DNA of 64,000 bases, from assembly GCA_021513695.1 (NCBI GenBank), contig CP084166.1:896001-960000 (forward strand), in the 5' to 3' direction. The notes under the pieces were generated by a model. That model saw nothing but the letters and a program-made list of their open reading frames with translations. It ran no database searches and had not been told where the DNA came from. Positions 42,059 to 52,850 of the stretch are shown here, piece by piece; positions within the stretch are counted from its first letter, which is position 1; every line of letters begins with the position of its first letter. Source of the stretch: Candidatus Heimdallarchaeum aukensis. GTDB taxonomy: Archaea > Asgardarchaeota > Heimdallarchaeia > Heimdallarchaeales > Heimdallarchaeaceae. A program made the position numbers and the translations under genes.

Positions 42059-42338
42059 TATCTTCTAACTATAAACTTCTTGGAGATAAAAAAACCTAAA
42101 CAAAGTAAAACTACAACACAAAAAATGGCTCTAGTAGATAAACCAAATTTACCAGGGTAAGAATCAGCATTAAGAGGGTCTAAACCATTTTGTATCTCTT
42201 AATAATCTGAATAACCATCTCCATCAGTATCAAGATTGTTAGGGTCTGTGTTATAATTGTATTCCTCTAAATTGGTTAAACCGTCATTATCACTATCTTC
42301 ATCTGCATCATGGTTTTTGTTAGCTCTGTTTTAGCATA
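42059..42338 (-). pseudogene. C-terminal fragment of a cell-surface protein: thrombospondin-type-3-like Ca-binding Asp repeats plus a PGF-CTERM-like anchor, with an in-frame TAA; the 5' part is replaced by the CRISPR array
   Basis: Minus-strand translation gives ...DADEDSDNDGLTNLEEYNYNTDPNNLDTDGDGYSDY*EIQNGLDPLNADSYPGKFGLSTRAIFCVVVLLCLGFFISKKFIVRR* (a PG-F/K motif, then a TM helix and basic tail). Upstream it runs directly into the first CRISPR repeat. Confidence 0.55.
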
Positions 42339-42341
42339 CTC

Positions 42342-45300
42342 ATTTTCACACTACTTAGTTCAGCTTAAACCTCGTACTTGCTTGCAGAAGCACCTAGCAC
42401 GTAGTAATTTTCACACTACTTAGTTCAGCTTAAACCTTTCGATAATGATGGTGTTAGTGGTGAAGTGCAAAATTTTCACACTACTTAGTTCAGCTTAAAC
42501 AATCTATCAAGTGTCTCATTTTTTACGTTTCCTAGATTTTCACACTACTTAGTTCAGCTTAAACAATAACGTTTGAACATTGTTCTCGAATTCTTCATAA
42601 ATTTTCACACTACTTAGTTCAGCTTAAACAGTTGATGAAGGTGTGACAAAGTGTGACACTTCGATATTTTCACACTACTTAGTTCAGCTTAAACATTCTA
42701 CTTTTTTCTCAATCAATTTACAAGTTAGAGCGTCATTTTCACACTACTTAGTTCAGCTTAAACAGAACTAGGATCAGTCTCGGTCCATTCAGAAACTCGA
42801 TTTTCACACTACTTAGTTCAGCTTAAACTCCTAAAATAATAACTGATCCTAAGAATCCTGATAAGATTTTCACACTACTTAGTTCAGCTTAAACCCAGAG
42901 TGAGAACGGGGTTATAGGTCAATAATAAAGAAATTTTCACACTACTTAGTTCAGCTTAAACTTTGTTTTGATTTTTCTTTCTTTCAGGATAGCATCAATT
43001 TTCACACTACTTAGTTCAGCTTAAACAAATGGCTAAAAGAACCACAAGAACTTCAAGAAAATAATTTTCACACTACTTAGTTCAGCTTAAACTTTACATT
43101 TATATAACTTCCCCAGAAGATTATATATAATTTTCACACTACTTAGTTCAGCTTAAACCAGCAATGTTGGCACATCTCCCCACTCTACTTTCTCATTTTC
43201 ACACTACTTAGTTCAGCTTAAACATTACTCTTTTTTCTTTACAAAACATTTATATATTATATTTTCACACTACTTAGTTCAGCTTAAACGTTATATTAAG
43301 TGTTAAATAGTTCTCTTTTCCTTCTTATTTTCACACTACTTAGTTCAGCTTAAACGTAAAAAAATGAGTAATTCAGAAGAACATTTTCACACTACTTAGT
43401 TCAGCTTAAACTGAAAACCTTATAGGCTGGCGTGAATACGCAAACCTAATTTTCACACTACTTAGTTCAGCTTAAACACGTTTCCAAGTAAATCTGTTAC
43501 TATTTCAAATTTATTTTCACACTACTTAGTTCAGCTTAAACTGATTTACGTTACCCTCATGTTTGTTATGTTTATTTATTTTCACACTACTTAGTTCAGC
43601 TTAAACGAATTTACTTTACACAATGATCGTGCTGATACTGTTTTATTTTCACACTACTTAGTTCAGCTTAAACACATTGCTTGATATTGGAATTTTATAT
43701 CTTAATATATTTTCACACTACTTAGTTCAGCTTAAACCTGACTTTTTTGGAGAATTTGGTTTCGCTGATAGTAATTTTCACACTACTTAGTTCAGCTTAA
43801 ACTAGAAAATTGTATTCTTCAAACTATACGTATAGATATTCCATTTTCACACTACTTAGTTCAGCTTAAACCTTAAATTATCTTCAAACCAATCAGAATA
43901 ATAAAGTTCATATTTTCACACTACTTAGTTCAGCTTAAACATAAATATCGCTATTTCTCCTTTCTTAACTGTTCTTAATTTTCACACTACTTAGTTCAGC
44001 TTAAACCATAATCTATCATAAAAAAGTCTCCTATATCATAAGTATTTTCACACTACTTAGTTCAGCTTAAACACTATTTTTCCACCTTCTCTTTCTTCCC
44101 ATTCTCTCTTATTTTCACACTACTTAGTTCAGCTTAAACTTTGTACTTCACTGTGCTTAATATCTCTACTTATACTATTTTCACACTACTTAGTTCAGCT
44201 TAAACTTTATCACCCCTCATATATTTATTATACTTCCTAAAATTTTCACACTACTTAGTTCAGCTTAAACCGTACACCCATTCCTTAGGTGTCCAGTCTA
44301 ATACTTATTTTCACACTACTTAGTTCAGCTTAAACTCACCTATATATATGATGTTCTAACACATAAAAATCATTTTCACACTACTTAGTTCAGCTTAAAC
44401 CTGACTTTTTTGGAGAATTTGGTTTCGCTGATAGTAATTTTCACACTACTTAGTTCAGCTTAAACTAGAAAATTGTATTCTTCAAACTATACGTATAGAT
44501 ATTCCATTTTCACACTACTTAGTTCAGCTTAAACCTTAAATTATCTTCAAACCAATCAGAATAATAAAGTTCATATTTTCACACTACTTAGTTCAGCTTA
44601 AACATAAATATCGCTATTTCTCCTTTCTTAACTGTTCTTAATTTTCACACTACTTAGTTCAGCTTAAACCATAATCTATCATAAAAAAGTCTCCTATATC
44701 ATAAGTATTTTCACACTACTTAGTTCAGCTTAAACACTATTTTTCCACCTTCTCTTTCTTCCCATTCTCTCTTATTTTCACACTACTTAGTTCAGCTTAA
44801 ACTTTGTACTTCACTGTGCTTAATATCTCTACTTATACTATTTTCACACTACTTAGTTCAGCTTAAACTTTATCACCCCTCATATATTTATTATACTTCC
44901 TAAAATTTTCACACTACTTAGTTCAGCTTAAACCGTACACCCATTCCTTAGGTGTCCAGTCTAATACTTATTTTCACACTACTTAGTTCAGCTTAAACTC
45001 ACCTATATATATGATGTTCTAACACATAAAAATCATTTTCACACTACTTAGTTCAGCTTAAACCTCATAACAAATGGATAAAGACTATTGAAATCAAGAA
45101 TTTTCACACTACTTAGTTCAGCTTAAACCAATTATTATCGCAACAGCCATCTCAAGATCACCTTATTTTCACACTACTTAGTTCAGCTTAAACGTTTTTG
45201 AATAACAGTCTGTGAAGAGAGAGAAGCAAATTTTCACACTACTTAGTTCAGCTTAAACGTCTTATTTCGTTAAAATCTTCAACAATAGCTTGTTGATTTT

Positions 45301-48300
45301 CACACTACTTAGTTCAGCTTAAACACTTTAGACGTGAAAAATTGGTTAATGGTTTTAGGTGATTTTCACACTACTTAGTTCAGCTTAAACGTAAAGAGAA
45401 AAGAAGAAAGAAAAAGAACGATAAAAGAATTTTCACACTACTTAGTTCAGCTTAAACGAGATATTGCAACATTTTGCTACAAAAATATCTAAAAAATTTT
45501 CACACTACTTAGTTCAGCTTAAACTTTGAAGTATCTGTGATGTCTTTTGTGACTACTCCTGATTTTCACACTACTTAGTTCAGCTTAAACCTTACAGAGG
45601 GAGAATATGCGGGACAATATATTATTACATTTTCACACTACTTAGTTCAGCTTAAACATAGAAGAAGAGCTCATTACAACTTTCCTTTTCCGTGATTTTC
45701 ACACTACTTAGTTCAGCTTAAACAAGCGTCAGTAGCACCTACAAGCGGGACATTCACAAGATTTTCACACTACTTAGTTCAGCTTAAACTCTATTTTATA
45801 TACTTTCTCTAATTCTAAACTTCTACTATTTTCACACTACTTAGTTCAGCTTAAACAGTAGAAATGAAGGGGGGGTTAGGAGCTAGAAAAAATTTTCACA
45901 CTACTTAGTTCAGCTTAAACCAATTCTGTTAATTTGTTTATTTCTTCCCATCTTTCATTTTCACACTACTTAGTTCAGCTTAAACGATAAATGGTACAAT
46001 CGTTTGAACCCTTTTAGAAGAAATTTTCACACTACTTAGTTCAGCTTAAACAAGGTTATCGCCTTTACATTTAGGGTTCTCACAAGTAATTTTCACACTA
46101 CTTAGTTCAGCTTAAACTATTTATGTAAAAGTCCTCTTCATCTATTATTAAACTATTTTCACACTACTTAGTTCAGCTTAAACACTATAACTTTAAGCAC
46201 TTGTTTTACTATATCGAAAAATTTTCACACTACTTAGTTCAGCTTAAACAGTCCGTTCTCGTTTCTTATTTCTTCGTCATCGGTTCTAATTTTCACACTA
46301 CTTAGTTCAGCTTAAACATGATTTTGTATAGTTTCCTCTCTTTATAAATGAAAATTTTCACACTACTTAGTTCAGCTTAAACTCAGCGTTTTGTAGTTCT
46401 ATTTTTCGTAAGTCGTCATATTTTCACACTACTTAGTTCAGCTTAAACCATTTCTCCACCTCTTTTTCATTTCTACTTGTTCTAATTTTCACACTACTTA
46501 GTTCAGCTTAAACTTGCTCTCTAAATATATTGCATACATTCCTTTTCTGATTTTCACACTACTTAGTTCAGCTTAAACTGAACAAACACTCACAATCTTA
46601 TCTAATCTTTCAAACGTATTTTCACACTACTTAGTTCAGCTTAAACAAACTGAAGTCATGTCAAAGTTAGAAGCCCAACTATATTTTCACACTACTTAGT
46701 TCAGCTTAAACGAGCTTTTACTGAAGCAGAACTAAAAAGAAATACCCCAAATTTTCACACTACTTAGTTCAGCTTAAACCATTGAATTCCTCTTTCTTCC
46801 TCTGCACAATAGTGAATTTTCACACTACTTAGTTCAGCTTAAACACGGTGCTCTGAAATGATGGAGTTTGAACAAAAATATTTTCACACTACTTAGTTCA
46901 GCTTAAACGTACAATTATGTTAAATATAGAAGAATAAAAAGGAATTTTCACACTACTTAGTTCAGCTTAAACGATAAAAATGGTAGAAGAGCATAAGAAG
47001 AATGAGCTTAATTTTCACACTACTTAGTTCAGCTTAAACTCTATCCTCCTTTTTTTTGGTTTGCAGTTTATACAAGAATTTTCACACTACTTAGTTCAGC
47101 TTAAACTTCATAGAACTTGATGTTAGGGTTAGGAAAAACCTCATTTTCACACTACTTAGTTCAGCTTAAACTGTAGCTTTGAAAGTTTATCATAGTTATG
47201 TGAGAATTATTTTCACACTACTTAGTTCAGCTTAAACAGATGAAATTTCCGAATTAGTTACTTTATTTCCGTCTGATTTTCACACTACTTAGTTCAGCTT
47301 AAACATTGGAGCTCTTCCCTTGACAATACAAATATTACAAATTTTCACACTACTTAGTTCAGCTTAAACGAACGATTACAGTATAGAACAGACGAATATT
47401 ATTATATTTTCACACTACTTAGTTCAGCTTAAACATCAGCAACTCTTTGCTGGTTCTCAAGAGCTTTTTGATTTTCACACTACTTAGTTCAGCTTAAACG
47501 TGAAAAGTCTCTTGTGTAGGTATATCGTGCTGCGTATTTTCACACTACTTAGTTCAGCTTAAACAGGTTCTCACTTTGGACAAAAGAAGCAAGTTTAGAC
47601 GAATTTTCACACTACTTAGTTCAGCTTAAACTTTCTCCTGAAAGAAGATCGTATGGTAACGAATACGTATTTTCACACTACTTAGTTCAGCTTAAACTCT
47701 ACCACAATGAAGATCATGAGAAGAAACCCACACATTTTCACACTACTTAGTTCAGCTTAAACATTTTTTTCACCCATAATCATTTCCACCCCTCTTTGAT
47801 TTTCACACTACTTAGTTCAGCTTAAACTCAAGGTCAAAATGGGGAAAAAGGTCGAACTATGGTATTTTCACACTACTTAGTTCAGCTTAAACAACGCTTG
47901 TTTTGGGGTTTCACACCCCAAAATCTTATTTTCACACTACTTAGTTCAGCTTAAACTCTGCTTTATCTTCTTCTTTTTCACAATCTCTATGAATTTTCAC
48001 ACTACTTAGTTCAGCTTAAACTTTGCACCTATTATATTTTAAGAGTAAAGAATATAATTTTCACACTACTTAGTTCAGCTTAAACCAGAGAAAGACGCGG
48101 GTTCAATTTCGTATAAGTAAGTAATTTTCACACTACTTAGTTCAGCTTAAACTATCTTCTTTATCTCTTTTTCTACTAACTCATTCTTATTTTCACACTA
48201 CTTAGTTCAGCTTAAACTAGATAAAGGAAGTTTAGATAAAGCGATACAAGAATTGCTAAATTTTCACACTACTTAGTTCAGCTTAAACAAGCGAGTTCAG

Positions 48301-48420
48301 TATCTTCTTTTTCCTCATAGACCTTAATTTTCACACTACTTAGTTCAGCTTAAACATTTATTCCTGCTATACGCAATAGACTTGAAAACGTATTTTCACA
48401 CTACTTAGTTCAGCTTAAAC
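42342..48420 (-). CRISPR. CRISPR array 1: about 92 copies of the 29-bp repeat ATTTTCACACTACTTAGTTCAGCTTAAAC (+ strand) with 35-40 bp spacers; leader at the 48420 end, so it is transcribed on the - strand
   Basis: Perfect periodic repeat of about 66 bp seen directly; the transcribed orientation is GTTTAAGCTGAACTAAGTAGTGTGAAAAT, identical to array 2. Confidence 0.95.
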
Positions 48421-48535
48421 GAAGTTTATTTTCTTTTCTAGCTATATTTTTCTCTCGTTTTGTCACTCACCTTCCTGGTCGACCTCCAATAAGGTATTAA
48501 CTTTATAAATATTGACCAGATACATAAACGTTTAC
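48421..48535 (-). promoter_or_regulatory. Leader of CRISPR array 1 (about 115 bp conserved with the array 2 leader; contains a TTTATAAA TATA-like box and a GGTCGACC palindrome)
   Basis: GAAGTTTATTTTCTTTTCTAGCTATATTTTTCT...TTTGTCACTCACCTTCCTGGTCGACCTCCAATAA...CTTTATAAAT is about 90 percent identical to the reverse complement of 60858-60971. Confidence 0.6.
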
Positions 48536-48569
48536 CTTATAAACAATGACTAGTACCATTAAATTTGCT

Positions 48570-50075
48570 TTATTTTTTTGCTATTTTCTCTGCAATTACA
48601 GGATGTTTTTCGTTTACTGCATACCAGAATTTTGCCTTTCCTTTTAAATTTGGTTTTATTATTATCCATCCCTTTTTTTCCATATCTACTAGGATTCTTG
48701 GTTTATTCATTTTGAATTGATTTATGTTTATTTTTTTATGATCATGGTATTTATTTTCTTTTTGCATCCATTCATTTATTTTCCTGAAGCTCCCTGCAGC
48801 TAATCCACCTATCAAGATTGACCCATCCATACAGAGTTTGTATTCTTTTGGTTTTTCCAGTACTGACATGTATTTATCTATCATAAAGTCTAAAATTATT
48901 TCATGTTCTCCCTCTGGCCTTTCGAACATTTTTTCTTTTGTTCCTTCTTTAATTATTTTATTTTTTAGTTTGTCTAGTTGACTATTTTTTTCAAGAAGCA
49001 ACCTATTTTTTTCATGTGGGTCCCATAAATTTATTTTCTCAATTAATATTTGTTCTAAGTTTTGATACTCTCTTTCAATTACTAATTTTGTACTTATTTT
49101 CTTGAATATTTTTCTCTGGTAATTTTGTGGCAGGTAGTATGATCTTCTTCCTATAGAGTGATATAGAATTGGATTTAGGGTATTAACTATATAGTTTACT
49201 AGAGCTATTTTTTCTTCCATGTTTAGCTCCGAAAAGATATTTTCTTCTATTATTGATACTATTCTTTGTATTAGAGTTTTAATCATGAAAGCTGTTAGAA
49301 TAGCTTTTTTTACTCTCTTTTTGAATAATTCATTTTTCTTTTTGTAATGTACTATAGCATAAGTATCAATTCCGAGGGATAAAACGTCTATTTTTTCCTT
49401 TGAGCTATATATCTTTTCTATGTTTTTTTCTTCTAACTTTTGAAAATGAACACTAGGTAATTCAATTATTGAGATGACATTTGAAGATTCTAAATAAATA
49501 TTACTAAATTCTTTAAAGAATGCTCTAAGCAAACAAAATTTTACCTGTTCATTTTTCTTTTTTTTGCCTTTTTCATTTGTAAATATTTTTATTATTTCCC
49601 TTCGTAAATTTTCTAAACTCTCTTCTTCCAGAATTTTTTCACTTAAAATTACTTTCTTTTCTACTTCAGCTATTAATGATGGATAAATGTTTATCTTTTT
49701 TAATCCATTTACGATTTTAACTACTGTTCTTGGTTCATTCCAATAAACAGTTCTTGTTTCAATTGGAATAAGCGGTCTTAAAGGCACTCTTCTAAAAAAT
49801 AAATATTTTTTAGCGTAATAGTACAGATATGAATCATTAGTCAATTTCAGAAAAAGACTTGAGTAGTATGGAATGAAAATGTCGAACTTTTTTCTACCTT
49901 TTCTTATTACCATTTTTATTCTTTTTTTGAACTCTGTTTCTGATTTAAGGAAAGAGAGTTCTTTTCTAATCTTTTTTGAATAAAGGATTTCTGGAATGGC
50001 ATAAAACTGATGGAAAGAGATTTTTATTGTATTCATTTTATTCTCCCTAATACCATTTTTGAAGAGTAGTATCAT
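48570..50075 (-). CDS. Uncharacterised 501-aa Lys-rich protein encoded inside the CRISPR-cas locus (between the array 1 leader and cas6)
   Basis: Long ORF with coding periodicity; it overlaps the upstream ORF by 29 bp (operon); no recognisable catalytic motif. Confidence 0.5.
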   Translation of the reverse strand: MILLFKNGIRENKMNTIKISFHQFYAIPEILYSKKIRKELSFLKSETEFKKRIKMVIRKGRKKFDIFIPYYSSLFLKLTNDSYLYYYAKKYLFFRRVPLRPLIPIETRTVYWNEPRTVVKIVNGLKKINIYPSLIAEVEKKVILSEKILEEESLENLRREIIKIFTNEKGKKKKNEQVKFCLLRAFFKEFSNIYLESSNVISIIELPSVHFQKLEEKNIEKIYSSKEKIDVLSLGIDTYAIVHYKKKNELFKKRVKKAILTAFMIKTLIQRIVSIIEENIFSELNMEEKIALVNYIVNTLNPILYHSIGRRSYYLPQNYQRKIFKKISTKLVIEREYQNLEQILIEKINLWDPHEKNRLLLEKNSQLDKLKNKIIKEGTKEKMFERPEGEHEIILDFMIDKYMSVLEKPKEYKLCMDGSILIGGLAAGSFRKINEWMQKENKYHDHKKININQFKMNKPRILVDMEKKGWIIIKPNLKGKAKFWYAVNEKHPVIAEKIAKK

Positions 50076-51525
50076 ATCTTGAAGTTGGCAGATTTACTCT
50101 TTTAGTATACATAAAGCTGGTTATAAAAAAATAAGGTTCTTCTTCTTCAAAAATCGAAGAAAACAAATCTATGAAATTAATTACTAATTCATTGGGTATT
50201 CTTACTGTAACAATTAGTCCCTTTTCATCTGTTATTAAATTAGTAAACGGTTCAGAATAAACTTCTGGAAACAGAGATAATCTATCATGAATCTCTTTTT
50301 GATCCACTTTTTTCTTAAATATAATCATCACATCGTTAGTTCCAAAAATTGGTATTATATTTACTCTTTTTATGTATAGTTGTTCATTTGTGAAGTGTTT
50401 CAAATATTTTCTTATTGTGCTCTGTGAAATATTAGTTTCCTTCTCTATTCTACTTACAGTCAAATCTCTATTCTTAATTATATATTCAAGTATCTTAAGG
50501 CCAGGCTTAGTTAATTTTAATTCACTTTCTTTTGTGTCTTCGAATCTAGGTTTCAATTCATTCTTTGTTTTACTCTTATTATGAAGTGCAATTGCAATTT
50601 CGCTTATCGAATAATTCCAATTTTTGTTTTTATAATCATATTTTGAATAATCAAACGTTGTTATCTGTTCTTCTCTATGCAGAACTAAAATTTCATATTT
50701 TGTTATTTCTTTTTTCTTGATTGACAAGTCAAAAAATTCACTTATTCTCCTACATATCTCCTTCAACAAGGGCACTGGGAATGAGTAGTAGAGTAACAAT
50801 GCCTTGCATGATGTATTCAGTGTCATCGATTTTCTTAAGAACATTTTAGGGAAATTTTCTTTTTTATGTATTGAAGAGAGTTCATCAAATCCATAAACAA
50901 TCACAAGAAGCAAGACAAAGTTTGTCTTTTTCAAATTCAAACTTATTCCTTCATAGATTATTCCTTTATCAAAGAGTAATTTTTTTGTTCTTGTTATATT
51001 TCCTGCATCTTTATTCAAAATTTTACTTAATTCTTTGGTTGAAGTAATTTGATATTTGATCATTGCTTGTAGTAATGAAAACTCTGCTTTTGTTAGACTA
51101 GGCTTGATTCTACTCCTTAATGTAAAAAAGAATCTCAGGAAAAGAGACCAATTTTCTAATAGTATTTTATTTTTTTTATATTCTAAAATAGAAAGTAATT
51201 TATTAGCTGTTTCTTCATCTTGAAGAAACTGTTTATATGACGAGAATATTACATATTTCAAATCATTATATTCTTTCTCTGTACTATATTCAGACCAAAA
51301 ATTCAACCATTTTTCTAATTGTTGTCTAGTTATGCTTTTTTTTCCTTTATTTTTCTGAAAATAAAGTATTCTATATATTTTAAAACATATTAAATCCCAA
51401 GCAGGTGTTTTTGGAACTATATTTAGTTCTTCAACTTTTTTTTTAAAAAATTTAAAATGTGATCCTAAGATTTCTCTCCCTTTCTCTAAAATTACTTCTC
51501 TTTCTTTTATTTGAGAATATTTCAT
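50047..51525 (-). CDS. Uncharacterised 492-aa protein with at least two winged-HTH modules and an Lrp/AsnC-like C-terminal arrangement (putative DNA-binding regulator) inside the CRISPR-cas locus
   Basis: HTH-like segments AEFSLLQAMIKYQITSTKELSKILNKDAGNITRTKKLLFDKGII and LKILEYIIKNRDLTVSRIEKETNISQSTIRKYLKHF, the latter followed by a beta-rich region as in AsnC-type regulators. Confidence 0.5.
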   Translation of the reverse strand: MKYSQIKEREVILEKGREILGSHFKFFKKKVEELNIVPKTPAWDLICFKIYRILYFQKNKGKKSITRQQLEKWLNFWSEYSTEKEYNDLKYVIFSSYKQFLQDEETANKLLSILEYKKNKILLENWSLFLRFFFTLRSRIKPSLTKAEFSLLQAMIKYQITSTKELSKILNKDAGNITRTKKLLFDKGIIYEGISLNLKKTNFVLLLVIVYGFDELSSIHKKENFPKMFLRKSMTLNTSCKALLLYYSFPVPLLKEICRRISEFFDLSIKKKEITKYEILVLHREEQITTFDYSKYDYKNKNWNYSISEIAIALHNKSKTKNELKPRFEDTKESELKLTKPGLKILEYIIKNRDLTVSRIEKETNISQSTIRKYLKHFTNEQLYIKRVNIIPIFGTNDVMIIFKKKVDQKEIHDRLSLFPEVYSEPFTNLITDEKGLIVTVRIPNELVINFIDLFSSIFEEEEPYFFITSFMYTKRVNLPTSRYDTTLQKWY

Positions 51526-51724
51526 CCAAGTTTAAATTTATTGTCAGTTTAAATTTTTTTTGTAATACTGACCTTGAACTATTGTCCAAAATAGACAAAG
51601 CTTATCCTTTTAGTTTTATTCTATTTCAAGCCTTCTAAGTAGATAGTTTTTAAATTACTTCACAGACATTTTCGATTTTTTGTTGTCCAGAGATGTATTG
51701 TCACAATTAAAAAGAGGTGACAAA

Positions 51725-51799
51725 ATGAAAAAGGATTATTATCTTCCTCCTCCTGAAGATGATGAACCAAATGATCCAGAACCATTTCCTTTTCCTTAA
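51725..51799 (+). CDS. Candidate small ORF (24 aa, MKKDYYLPPPEDDEPNDPEPFPFP) with strong SD-like GAGGTGA 5 nt upstream
   Basis: ATG at 51725 preceded by AAGAGGTGA; acidic Pro-rich peptide; followed by a hairpin and T-run. Speculative. Confidence 0.2.
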   Translation: MKKDYYLPPPEDDEPNDPEPFPFP

Positions 51800-51817
51800 A
51801 AGGGATAAAGAAGGTAT

Positions 51818-51885
51818 TAAAACCTTCACGTTCTTCTACTAACAACCTAAGAACGTCCAATTATACAATTGGACTTCTTTTTTTA
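51818..51885 (+). terminator. Two stem-loops (ACGTTCTT-N13-AAGAACGT and CCAATT-ATAC-AATTGG) followed by a T-rich run; terminator-like, upstream of cas6
   Basis: Inverted repeats and a T-tract (CTTCTTTTTTTATTTTTTTC) read directly from the sequence. Confidence 0.3.
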
Positions 51886-52022
51886 TTTTTTTCTATCAAA
51901 CTACTTATCATACTAGAATTTTTGTTGGTTTACTTTAATTTAAAAAAAGCTCAAATTCTAATAATTCTTTTTTTAAACTCTTAAAACTCTATTAAAAGTT
52001 TTTATAGTTTGTTGAGATAAAA

Positions 52023-52745
52023 TTGTTGATGAGGATTCTTATTTCTTTTAAGCCTAAATTTGATGTTTCAGAGGATGCCATAGTAAAACATGATATTCAA
52101 GGATTTATTTATAATCTAATCAAGTACAAAGATACTAAAGTTCTTTTAGATCATGATAAACATCATTTCAAATTTTTTTGTTTTAGCGATATTTTTCCTC
52201 AAGGTGATTTTAAAAAAGGAGAGACAAAAAATCTGTTAATTAGTTCTCCTACAAAAGAGCTAATAAATTTAATTGATGATAATCTTCCTCTTGAGAAATC
52301 CTATAGATTAGCTGGATTAACCATCGAAGTTATATCCAAAAAAACTTTTAACTTTCCCACAAAAAACAACTTTATTTCTGGAAGTCCTATAGTTTTATAC
52401 AAAGATAATACAAAGAATGAATATTTTAGCTTTAAGAAACACAAAAGTCTTAATTTCTTTCTCAATAGATTACAAGAAAATGCTGTGAAAAAGTATCAAA
52501 TTTACTATAACGATCCTGAATTTCAATTGTCTGGAAAGATTTTTGATACAATTGAATTTAGAAAGGAGGTTGCAGTTCACAACAGGAAACAAGGAAATGA
52601 ATTTATTCACATTGGCACTCTTTGGAAAAAATTAGAAAAAGAATACATAAAGAAAGAAGAAAGAAGGTTTTATCATTTTATCATGGAAAGTGGTCTTGGC
52701 GAAAAAAATAGTATGGGTTTTGGTTTTTTAAATCCTATTCAATAA
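52023..52745 (+). CDS. cas6: Cas6 (crRNA endoribonuclease), type I-B
   Basis: 240 aa; C-terminal glycine-rich loop GLGEKNSMGFGFL; first gene of the cas operon. Confidence 0.85.
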   Translation: MLMRILISFKPKFDVSEDAIVKHDIQGFIYNLIKYKDTKVLLDHDKHHFKFFCFSDIFPQGDFKKGETKNLLISSPTKELINLIDDNLPLEKSYRLAGLTIEVISKKTFNFPTKNNFISGSPIVLYKDNTKNEYFSFKKHKSLNFFLNRLQENAVKKYQIYYNDPEFQLSGKIFDTIEFRKEVAVHNRKQGNEFIHIGTLWKKLEKEYIKKEERRFYHFIMESGLGEKNSMGFGFLNPIQ

Positions 52746-52850
52746 ATTGTATTTTTTTGTTTAAATTTTACAATTAATTTTTGAAAAAACAACCTTTAAA
52801 ATATTTTTTTCTTTCTGTTTTACCAATAAAACTTAATTATTGGTGTTCCA

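Noticed and set aside
51530-51570. GTTTAAATTTATTGTCAGTTTAAATTTT resembling the 5' end of the CRISPR repeat
   Set aside because: Only the GTTTAA hexamer matches; too short and degenerate to call a repeat relic.
51660-51860. 66-aa ORF on the minus strand between the HTH gene and cas6
   Set aside because: No RBS, overlaps the better-supported small + strand ORF and hairpins; likely spurious.
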